Shown one piece after another: positions 1-6,787 of a DNA stretch of 34,789 nt (position 1 is the first letter of the stretch; every line of letters starts with the position of its first letter). The translations under genes and the position numbers were made by a program. The stretch is taken from positions 1-34,789 of the forward strand of contig JBJTWP010000031.1 in assembly GCA_046081805.1 (NCBI GenBank). The letters run 5' to 3'. The notes beneath the pieces are model-generated. The model saw nothing but the letters and a program-made list of their open reading frames with translations. It was not told the DNA's origin and searched no databases. The stretch is from Cyanobacteriota bacterium. GTDB lineage: Bacteria > Cyanobacteriota > Cyanobacteriia > PCC-6307 > Cyanobiaceae.

Positions 1-509
1 GGCAACAATTCGAACCGGTTGGCCGAAATGCGCAACAGCTCGAGCCCGACGCAGCCGCGCATCGCCTCCGGCAAATCGGTGAGTTGATTGCCAGCCAACA
101 TCAATTTCTGTAGACGCGCACAATTACCAATGGAGTCGGGAAGCGCAGCAATCTGATTATCCGTAAGGATCAACCAGCGCAAGTTAGGAGAAATTGCAGC
201 CGCTGTCAGTTCACGGATGCGGTTCGACTTGAATCCAACCATCTCAAGTTGAACGCACGTGGATAGCACCTCAGGAAGCTGATCAAAGCGATTTTCCGAG
301 CAGAACAACACCCGTAACTTGCTCAACCGCGACATGTCATCCGGGAGCTCAGATAACGAGTTACCCGAAAGATCCAGAACCTCGAGTGAGTCAGCTAACG
401 CGAAAATCTCCCGCGGGAATTCCTGCAGGTCACCGCGAAGATCCAGCCGCTTGATCCCCTGGAGCTTGCCGGAGCGCAAGGCCGCAAGCGTAGCGGTGGT
501 TGTCGTCAT
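1..509 (-). CDS. Leucine-rich-repeat protein, 5' part only (gene continues past window start); N-terminus resembles the LRR-containing protein kinase family
   Basis: My own minus-strand translation from the ATG (complement of cat 507-509) gives MTTTTATLAALRSGKLQGIKRLDLRGDLQEFPREIFALADSLEVLDLSGNSLSELPDDMSRLSKLRVLFCSENRFDQLPEVLSTCVQLEMVGFKSNRIRELT...LMLAGNQLTDLPEAM... It shows regular ~23-aa LxxLxLxxNxL repeats. The frame stays open to position 1, so it is absent from the ORF track. GC is ~50-55% against ~67% background. Confidence 0.75.
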   Translation of the reverse strand, partial: MTTTTATLAALRSGKLQGIKRLDLRGDLQEFPREIFALADSLEVLDLSGNSLSELPDDMSRLSKLRVLFCSENRFDQLPEVLSTCVQLEMVGFKSNRIRELTAAAISPNLRWLILTDNQIAALPDSIGNCARLQKLMLAGNQLTDLPEAMRGCVGLELLRISANRFELL

Positions 510-857
510 GGGTCGCCCCGCAGGCCAATCTGCCGCAGCTGCTCAAACGGAAGCGGCCTAACGCGGTTGAGGATAGCAGTGCGGCAGGTTCCCGACTCGG
601 ATTAGCTCGCCGTCTCCACTGACGAGACGTCTTGTCGTATCGCCGATGGAGAATCCGCGCTGCCGGATGCGCGTGGTAGTCGAGAACGAGCAACCCGATA
701 AAGACAATGTCGAGCCGCTGGTGTGCTTGGAGCACAAAGAATCAACAATCACAGCATCAGCAGGGGGATGCCGATGGCCAGAACGAGATCGCGGAGCATC
801 AGCACCTCACATCGGGTCCTACCGTATCTAGGAGCAAGGCATTCAGTGCTTTTGTTC

Positions 858-983
858 TTACCGTTGACCCATGGCCTTCCCCCGCATCCGCCATGATCCC
901 ACCGTTGCTGTGGTCCAGGTGGCCACGCTGATGCCAAAGAAATCCTGGTCCTCAGTCCAGATTGCGTACTCCAGCTGTAATGC
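858..983 (-). pseudogene. Possible C-terminal stub of a PIN/VapC-like toxin (no start codon, ~41 codons)
   Basis: Reading on in the frame of the antitoxin stop gives LQLEYAIWTEDQDFFGISVATWTTATVGSW...* (TAA complement at 858-860). The T-x-D-x-DF...W pattern is typical of PIN-domain C-termini. The N-terminal catalytic part is absent. Confidence 0.25.
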
Positions 984-1212
984 TTAGGCCAGAGCAAGCC
1001 AGTCGGCTGGGTCCCGGATGCGCGTGAGCGCCTCGTCCTTAGCACCTTCAATCAAGTGGGTGTCGACAACCTGCACCACCTCCATCAGGCTGAGGAAGGC
1101 CTCCTGGCAGATGGACGGTGCGTCCATGTCGCGTCACCTCGATCGGGGTGACCGTGTCCAGGTGGGACGCCAGGCGTGCCCGGAGCTCACGGATGCCAAC
1201 ACGGACAGCCAC
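984..1212 (-). pseudogene. Phd/YefM-type antitoxin interrupted by a single frameshift
   Basis: From GTG (complement 1210-1212) the frame of ORF 1048..1767 reads (M)AVRVGIRELRARLASHLDTVTPIEVTRHGRTV... One frame over it continues ..CQEAFLSLMEVVQVVDTHLIEGAKDEALTRIRDPADWLALA* and ends at TAA (complement 984-986). The total is 229 nt = 3n+1, with the frame switch near 1100-1120. Both halves fit the antitoxin pattern (ELR...V.ITRHG / E.Y.SL.E). Confidence 0.5.
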
Positions 1213-1406
1213 GACGGATCCCGGAATGATGTGTACACCTCGTAGACGGGACGAGCGGGTTGATGTGGACTTCAATGAAGCCAAAGGGTTGATCCCAGTC
1301 AAATGCTGGCCTTGAGTGGCAGGCAAGGAGTGATTGCTCTTGATGCAGAGTCGTCGCTTGCTTTCCTCCCGATTACTGGTCGTCCCACTCTTCACCTGCT
1401 TTCCCA

Positions 1407-1451
1407 CTGATTTCGGCATCGCCTTTCTCAAGCTGATTTCGGCATCGCCTT
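1407..1451. repeat. 19-bp perfect direct repeat ctgatttcggcatcgcctt x2 with a 26-bp period
   Basis: Copies lie at 1407-1425 and 1433-1451. The period is not a multiple of 3, so the duplication would shift any frame through it. Confidence 0.95.
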
Positions 1452-1630
1452 GCCCAAGTGCACGACGCAACATCACGTCCACCCGGATAGCGACGTTCAG
1501 CATCAATGACCAATAACGCAAAGGAGTTGCCAAAAAGCGAAAGGATCGGCTAAGCCCGTCGCGAGGGAGGCCCTGTGCTGAGAGCCGGGTCACGCGCCTT
1601 TCACCTAGTCTTGCGGTTAGTCCTGGCGTT

Positions 1631-2710
1631 ATGACTGGGGGACAAGCTGCTGTGAGCGCATCATCCTCCATGGCCCCGGACGCCACGCCAGTCGTTCCCA
1701 TCATCAAGCTTCCCGGCGCCTCGGTGACGTCCACAGACACCGTTGCCTTAGGGTCGGTGGTGGCCACCTTTCTTCCCCTGCAGGTTCATACCTGGGAGCA
1801 TCCGCAGCGGGGTGGAGCCTTCCTCAATCACTCCGGCAGCATTCGCCTCGGCGATCTCACCCTCCTCTCCACCTGGGGATCGGCAATCGATGGCGAAGTG
1901 GAGCAGAAGTGCGAAGCCCAGTTGGTGCTTCCCTACCTGGCTGGCACCAACACGTTTCAGATCGGGGGCCAACACTTCCGCTTCCGCCGTTCCTGCCTGT
2001 TCATTCCTGCGGCCCGCAGCCGCATTCACCTCCATTGCACCACCTGTTCCGGCGTCATCTTCAGCTTCCCCCCGGAAACCCTTCTGCCGGTTGCCCATGC
2101 CATCGCTGGACCGGGATTCGTTGGGCTGGCGCTGCGAACAGCACTTGAGCACCCCGCGATCCTCGATCGCCGCCGCGACTCCCGCCACGACCGCTGCCAG
2201 CGGCTGTTGATGGAAGCCCTGGGATTTGCGGAGCGAACGGTGGAGCTCGTTGGTGAGGTGAATCCGCTCCTTCGGCTCGACGATCTGATCCGCCGACTCA
2301 TCGTGATGCTGCTGGTGCCGGATCTGTTTGAGGCCAGTGAGCTGGCCACCCCGGCCGAGGAGCCGTTCGTCCATGCCTCACTGGTGGAATGGGTTCTGGC
2401 GCATCTCCACGAGCCCATCAGCCTCTCGGCCATGGAGCTGCACAGTCACTACAGCCGTCGCGCACTGCAGCTCGCCTTCAAGCTGCGCTTCGGTTGCGGC
2501 CCCATGCAATGGCTCCGCCGGCAGCGACTGGCCAAGGCCCGCTCCATGCTGGAGAATCCGGCCCGGCGGGGCAGCATCTTGGAGGTGGCCCTGGCCTGCG
2601 GTTCCCTCTCCCAGGCCAAATTCAGCCGTGATTTCCACGACCGCTACGGCGAGCGCCCCTCCGCCCTGGGGCGCCGCAGTCGCGAGGCTGGCCGCTCCAG
2701 CCGTGGCTGA
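1631..2710 (+). CDS. AraC-family transcriptional regulator
   Basis: 359-aa ORF. The C-terminal ~100 aa carry the AraC-type double HTH (HEPISLSAMELHSHYSRRALQLAFKLRFGCGPMQWLRRQRLAKARSMLENP...SILEVALACGSLSQAKFSRDFHDRYGERPS). The start is an ATG at 1631. Confidence 0.8.
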   Translation: MTGGQAAVSASSSMAPDATPVVPIIKLPGASVTSTDTVALGSVVATFLPLQVHTWEHPQRGGAFLNHSGSIRLGDLTLLSTWGSAIDGEVEQKCEAQLVLPYLAGTNTFQIGGQHFRFRRSCLFIPAARSRIHLHCTTCSGVIFSFPPETLLPVAHAIAGPGFVGLALRTALEHPAILDRRRDSRHDRCQRLLMEALGFAERTVELVGEVNPLLRLDDLIRRLIVMLLVPDLFEASELATPAEEPFVHASLVEWVLAHLHEPISLSAMELHSHYSRRALQLAFKLRFGCGPMQWLRRQRLAKARSMLENPARRGSILEVALACGSLSQAKFSRDFHDRYGERPSALGRRSREAGRSSRG

Positions 2711-2906
2711 GGCCTGCTGATGGCAGGGGGGCCGGGGGGGCCGGCTGCCCCAACCTCACTCTCCCCGAACGCCGGGCCGCCCTGGATCAGGCGATCGGCA
2801 CCGATCGTGGGCTGAGACAGCCGGGGCATTGGCGTTGCGGGGGCGCTGCGGTCGGCGATCGAGCCGTCCGCCCTGGCGGCTCCCGTCCTTCGTCTGCTCC
2901 AGCCCC

Positions 2907-3968
2907 ATGGTGTCTGCCTCTCCCCTCCGCTGTTCCGGCTCTCCCCAGGGATCGTGGGATCCCAGGATCCCTTCCGAGGACAAACTGGTGCTGGGCCTGA
3001 TCGGCTTGCTGGAGGCCGGCACCACCCCCTGGCGCCGTGAATGGGATCCCACAGCCGGCGGCCATCACGTCAATCTGCTCTCGGGCCGGCGCTACCGCGG
3101 GGCCAATCCGGTGCTGCTCAGCCTGGGCCTGCAGTTGCGCTGCTCCAGCCTGCCCTACTGGTGCGGCTTCGCCGAAGCCAAGGCCCTGGGTCTCGCGCCT
3201 CGCAAGGGCAGCAAGGCGGTCCATGTGCTGCGCCCCCAGGTGCATCAGCAGCGACCAGACCAGCTGAGGGACTCCGCGTCATCAGAAGCTGCCAGCGGGG
3301 CCGAGGCTGGTGCCCCTGGTGGAGAGGCTGCGCCCGCCGGGCGTCCCAGGGTGAGCTACCGGCCGGTGGCCGTGTTCAACGCCGCCGACCTGGAGGGCCC
3401 AACCCTCGCCGGACTGATCGAGACTCGGCGGCAGGCCGAGCTCCTGGTGGCCCGGCCGGAACCCGAACGGCTGGCGGGCGCCGAAGCCGTGCTCGACCGC
3501 TGGCCGGTGCCGGTGCACTTCGACGGACCTCAGGCCTGCTACCGGCCGGCGCTGGATCAGATCCAGCTGCCCCGCCGTGCCGCCTTCCACTCGGCGGCCG
3601 CCCTCTATGCCACCTGGGCCCATGAGGCCATCCACTCCACCGGTCACAGCTCCCGGCTCGCCCGCGACCTCTCCGGCGGCATGGGAGAGGCCGGCGATGG
3701 CGGGCGGGCCTACGCCCGCGAGGAGCTGGTGGCGGAGCTGGGGGCCGTTCTGCTCGGTGATCGCCTGGAGATCGGCAGCGCCATGGCCAACCATGCCGCC
3801 TATCTCGGCCACTGGGTTGAGCTGCTGCGGGAATCGCCGCGGGTGCTGTTCCAGGTGCTGAGTGATGCCCGCAAGGCCGCTGATCTGATCTGTCCTGAGC
3901 AGGCTGATCCCCAGCCGGCCGGCCCCAACCCGGGCCGCATCAGAGCCGGCTGCTGCGTGAGCCCCTAG
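2907..3968 (+). CDS. ArdC-like protein (DUF1738 ssDNA-binding N-domain plus zincin-like metallopeptidase C-domain)
   Basis: N-domain: LLEAGTTPWRREW...N..SGRRYRGANPVLL...YWCGFAEAKALGLAPRKGSKAV. C-domain: HExxH motif WAHEAIHSTGHSSRLARD and REELVAELGAVLL. I prefer the internal ATG at 2907 over the longest-ORF start at 2829. Confidence 0.7.
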   Translation: MVSASPLRCSGSPQGSWDPRIPSEDKLVLGLIGLLEAGTTPWRREWDPTAGGHHVNLLSGRRYRGANPVLLSLGLQLRCSSLPYWCGFAEAKALGLAPRKGSKAVHVLRPQVHQQRPDQLRDSASSEAASGAEAGAPGGEAAPAGRPRVSYRPVAVFNAADLEGPTLAGLIETRRQAELLVARPEPERLAGAEAVLDRWPVPVHFDGPQACYRPALDQIQLPRRAAFHSAAALYATWAHEAIHSTGHSSRLARDLSGGMGEAGDGGRAYAREELVAELGAVLLGDRLEIGSAMANHAAYLGHWVELLRESPRVLFQVLSDARKAADLICPEQADPQPAGPNPGRIRAGCCVSP

Positions 3969-3993
3969 CCTCGGTTGGCCCTTCCGTAGACCC

Positions 3994-4266
3994 ATGGCAA
4001 TTGCTGGCCCTGACGGGGTGGATGCCGCCATCAACGCCGGACTCGATCTCGACGGCTCCCCGATCCCAGCGGAGATGCTGACGCTCTATCGCGAGGTGAT
4101 GGATCTTGAGAGCCAGCGTCCCCGCAGCGGCGTCAAGAAATCAATGCGCAACCGGATCGTCAAGACCGGCAGCAAGCATTTCGATCAGGCCAGCCTCGAT
4201 GCCCGCCTCCAGGCCGCCGGCTGGGAGGGCCTGAAGGAGAAGGAGATCGCCTTCTTCTACGGCTGA
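3994..4266 (+). CDS. Hypothetical 90-aa protein
   Basis: ATG-started ORF with balanced protein-like composition (..MLTLYREVMDLESQRPRSGVKKSMRNRIVKTGSKHFDQASLDARLQAAGWEGLKEKEIAFFYG) and host-like third-position GC. I do not recognise a family. Confidence 0.55.
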   Translation: MAIAGPDGVDAAINAGLDLDGSPIPAEMLTLYREVMDLESQRPRSGVKKSMRNRIVKTGSKHFDQASLDARLQAAGWEGLKEKEIAFFYG

Positions 4267-4302
4267 GTGCTCAGCTGCGTTTACGGCTGAGCGTTCAGCT
4301 GC
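4261..4302. repeat. Two 18-bp near-identical, internally palindromic units at convergent gene ends
   Basis: ggctgagtgctcagctgc (4261-4278) and ggctgagcgttcagctgc (4285-4302). Each can form a 5-6 bp hairpin. The first contains the TGA of 3994..4266 and the second the stop complement of 4295..4522. Confidence 0.85.
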
Positions 4303-4522
4303 AGAGGTCTTCAAGGGCATCGATCACATCCTGCTGAAACTCCTCAAGATCCGAGGAGTCGCTCAGGTCAATGCCCTCGCCCGCTGCGTTCTGGGTGAGC
4401 TCCTGGAAATGGAAGGCCCCCTCTCCGTGGGCCAGGAACTCCATCGCGGAGGGTTCACCGCTTTCCTTGTAGGCGTCACAGAGGGCCAGGAAGGCCGCAT
4501 CTTCGGTGAATTCCCAGCTCAT
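4295..4522 (-). CDS. Hypothetical very acidic 75-aa protein
   Basis: MSWEFTEDAAFLALCDAYKESGEPSAMEFLAHGEGAFHFQELTQNAAGEGIDLSDSSDLEEFQQDVIDALEDLCS has ~19 D/E against 1 K. It starts with ATG and is convergent with 3994..4266. Confidence 0.55.
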   Translation of the reverse strand: MSWEFTEDAAFLALCDAYKESGEPSAMEFLAHGEGAFHFQELTQNAAGEGIDLSDSSDLEEFQQDVIDALEDLCS

Positions 4523-4674
4523 TGAAGGTGTGGCCGCGAAGGGGTGGAGGGTTTGACGTTCCGACCTTTAACGCCTACCCCCCGGAATCCGTCAACCTCT
4601 CCGCACCCAGTGCCGGGTTGATCACGGCCGCCGGGGGCACTCGACAGACTGGCCCCACCCTTTCAGCCCCGCCC

Positions 4675-5055
4675 ATGGCGCCCGCCGGTCCCCCTTCCAG
4701 CCGCAATGTGCTGGGTGAGCCCCTGGCGGAGTGCAGCTGCAAGCCCCTCACCGGTTGGTACCGCGATGGCCTCTGCCGCAGCGACGCCGCTGACCATGGC
4801 CGCCACACGGTGTGCTGTGTGGTGTCCGAGGCCTTCCTCCGCTACAGCCAGGCCCAGGGCAATGATCTGTCCACTCCGCTGCCTGCCTACAACTTCCCGG
4901 GGCTGCGGCCCGGTGACCACTGGTGTGTGTGCGCACCCCGCTGGCTGGAGGCCTACGACGACGGCATGGCGCCGCCCGTGCGGCTGGAGGCCACCGAGCT
5001 CAGCACCCTGGAGGTGATCCCGCTGGAGCTGCTCCAGCAACACGCCGCCCGTTGA
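4675..5055 (+). CDS. DUF2237 family protein
   Basis: Characteristic Cys-rich pattern: GEPLAECSCKPLTGWYRDGLCRSDAADHGRHTVCCVVSEAFLRYSQAQGNDLSTP...GLRPGDHWCVCAPRW. I prefer the internal ATG at 4675 over the TTG at 4522. Confidence 0.7.
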   Translation: MAPAGPPSSRNVLGEPLAECSCKPLTGWYRDGLCRSDAADHGRHTVCCVVSEAFLRYSQAQGNDLSTPLPAYNFPGLRPGDHWCVCAPRWLEAYDDGMAPPVRLEATELSTLEVIPLELLQQHAAR

Positions 5056-5059
5056 GTGG

Positions 5060-5842
5060 TCACCAGGGAATGGGTTGGCCGTCCCAGGCCCAGAACCCAC
5101 CACTCAGCTCCGGCGTCAGCCCGCCGATCACATCCAGCAGCTGATCAGCGGCCTGGTGGGGGGTGAACAGCTGCTGGCTTGGCACCCCCCCGCGGAATGG
5201 TGCCGACAAGTTTGTGGCCGTGGTGCCCGGATGCAGCAGGGCGACGCAGGCGAGGGGCAGGCGACGCTGCCATTCGATCGCCAGGGTGCGCAGCAACTGG
5301 TTCTGGGCGGCCTTGGCCGCCCGGTAGGAATACCAGCCGCCCAGGCGGTTGTCGCCAATGCTGCCCACCCGGGCCGACAGACTGGCCAGGTGCAGGGGCC
5401 GCTGGCGATCCAGCAGGGGGTCCAGAGCCTGGGCCAGCAGGATTGCCCCGAAGGCATTCACGGCGAAACTGCGCTCCAGGTGGCTCCGTTGCAGGCGAGC
5501 CAGACGCTTTTCCGGCTGCAGGTCGCCGTCGTGCAGCAGCCCCGCGGTGTTCACCACCAGCCGCAGCGGCGGCCGGCCAGCCAGATCAGCGGCCAGCGTC
5601 GCCAGGCTGCGGTCATCGGTGAGCTCCAGCGTCAGGGCCTGCACCCCCCTCGGCAGCCGGGGTGAGCGCCCCGGCCGGTGGCTGCCCAGCACCGTCAGCC
5701 CCGGGGCCCGGGCCAGCAGCCGCTCCTGCAGGGCACAGCCCAGACCGCCGCAACCCACCACCAGGGCGCTGCCCTGCCAGGTGTGGAGCGGGGTGGGGCT
5801 GGATCGCGTCGAGCCCGGATCGGCGTGTTGCACATGGCGCAT
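5060..5842 (-). CDS. Short-chain dehydrogenase/reductase (SDR) family oxidoreductase
   Basis: This is the C-terminal 260 codons of ORF 5060..6763, starting at ATG (complement 5840-5842). It has a Gly-rich dinucleotide motif ALVVGCGGLG, NTAG, and a catalytic YSYRAAKAA (YxxxK). The upstream part of the long ORF is antisense to gpsA and is rejected. Confidence 0.75.
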   Translation of the reverse strand: MRHVQHADPGSTRSSPTPLHTWQGSALVVGCGGLGCALQERLLARAPGLTVLGSHRPGRSPRLPRGVQALTLELTDDRSLATLAADLAGRPPLRLVVNTAGLLHDGDLQPEKRLARLQRSHLERSFAVNAFGAILLAQALDPLLDRQRPLHLASLSARVGSIGDNRLGGWYSYRAAKAAQNQLLRTLAIEWQRRLPLACVALLHPGTTATNLSAPFRGGVPSQQLFTPHQAADQLLDVIGGLTPELSGGFWAWDGQPIPW

Positions 5843-5866
5843 GATGGCGGAGCCAACGGCCAGCGG

Positions 5867-6787
5867 ATGATGTTCACCATCGCTGTGTTCGGCCTCGGAG
5901 CCTGGGGCCGCACCCTGCAGGGCCTGTGGGAGCGCCGCGGGCATCGCGTGCTGGGCTGGAGCCGCAGCGGCGGCGGCGATCCCGTGGCCTTGCTGTCCCG
6001 GGTGGATCTGGTGACCAGCGCCGTGGCGATGCAGGGTGTCGAGGCCCTGGCGGCCCATCTGGCCCCCCACTGGCCCGAGGGGTTGCCCCTGCTGAGCTGC
6101 TCCAAGGGGATCGATCCCGAACGGCTGGTCACCCCCACCCAGCTGTGGGGCCATCATCTGCCCGGCGCCCCGCTGCTGGCGCTGAGCGGGCCCAACCTGG
6201 TGGGAGAACTGGCCCGGCAGTTGCCCGCCGCCAGCGTGATCGCCGCCACCGACCAGACCCTGGCCCTGCAGCTCCAGGAACAACTCAGCGGCGACTGTCT
6301 GCGCCTCTACCGCAGCTCGGATCCGGTGGGCGTCGAGGCGGGTGGTGCCCTCAAGAACGTGATGGCGGTGGCCGCGGGCATCTGTGACGGTCTTGGGTTG
6401 GGCGTGAACGCCAAGGCCTCCCTGCTCTGCCGGGGACTGGCCGAGATGGGGGTTGTGGTGCGGGGGCTTGGCGGCGAGGCCACCAGCCTCTACGGCCTGG
6501 CGGGCCTGGGGGACCTGCTGGCCACCGCCAACAGCCCCCTGAGCCGCAACTACCGCTGCGGCCTGCTGCTGGCCGAGGGCTGTGATGAGGCGACGGCGAT
6601 CGAGCGCATCGGTGCCACGGTGGAAGGCCCGCGCACGGCGCGAGCGGCCCTGGCCCTGGCCCGCCGCCAGGGTTGGAGCCTGCCGATCTGCGTCCAGGTG
6701 CTGGCGGTGCTGGAGCAAACCACCACCCCCGCCCAGGCCGTTCAGGCCCTGATGCAGCGGCACCTGAAGGCGGAGGTGGCACAGTGA
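5867..6787 (+). CDS. gpsA: NAD(P)H-dependent glycerol-3-phosphate dehydrogenase
   Basis: MMFTIAVFGLGAWGRTL..., SCSKGID, LSGPNLVGE, GALKNVMAVAAGICDGLGLGVNAKASLLCRGLAEM, GLAGLGDLLATANSPLSRNYRCG. The start is chosen at ATG 5867; ATG 5834 is also possible. Confidence 0.85.
   Translation: MMFTIAVFGLGAWGRTLQGLWERRGHRVLGWSRSGGGDPVALLSRVDLVTSAVAMQGVEALAAHLAPHWPEGLPLLSCSKGIDPERLVTPTQLWGHHLPGAPLLALSGPNLVGELARQLPAASVIAATDQTLALQLQEQLSGDCLRLYRSSDPVGVEAGGALKNVMAVAAGICDGLGLGVNAKASLLCRGLAEMGVVVRGLGGEATSLYGLAGLGDLLATANSPLSRNYRCGLLLAEGCDEATAIERIGATVEGPRTARAALALARRQGWSLPICVQVLAVLEQTTTPAQAVQALMQRHLKAEVAQ

Noticed and set aside
558-752. 64-aa minus-strand ORF (..GFSIGDTTRRLVSGDGELIRVGNLP..) and the overlapping ORFs 430..735, 646..831 and 707..931.
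   Set aside because: I recognise no family, the ORFs are mutually overlapping, and they lie in the degraded low-GC region. I cannot support any of them as genes.
749-805. 16-18-aa hydrophobic mini-ORF (V)LMLRDLVLAIGIPLLML* in the island remnant, which could be a type I toxin-like or small membrane peptide.
   Set aside because: It is too short to support from sequence alone, has no SD or recognisable family, and lies in decayed DNA.
2726-2744. G6-CC-G7 run after the AraC stop, considered as a possible G-quadruplex.
   Set aside because: There are only two long G-runs with no third or fourth tract nearby. It is more simply part of a weak GC hairpin.
2829-2906. Longest-ORF N-terminal extensions: ArdC-like gene from 2829, DUF2237 from 4522, rpsR from 19286, FAD oxidoreductase from 23504, CCB-like gene from 27060.
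   Set aside because: The extensions are R/P/G-rich and precede the point where family similarity begins. Internal ATG codons give N-termini consistent with the families. The start positions remain estimates.
5843-6763. N-terminal 307 codons of the 567-aa minus-strand ORF 5060..6763.
   Set aside because: This part is antisense to the well-supported gpsA gene and is G/A/R/Q/P-rich with no motifs. Only the last 260 codons (the SDR) look real. It is a typical shadow ORF of high-GC DNA.
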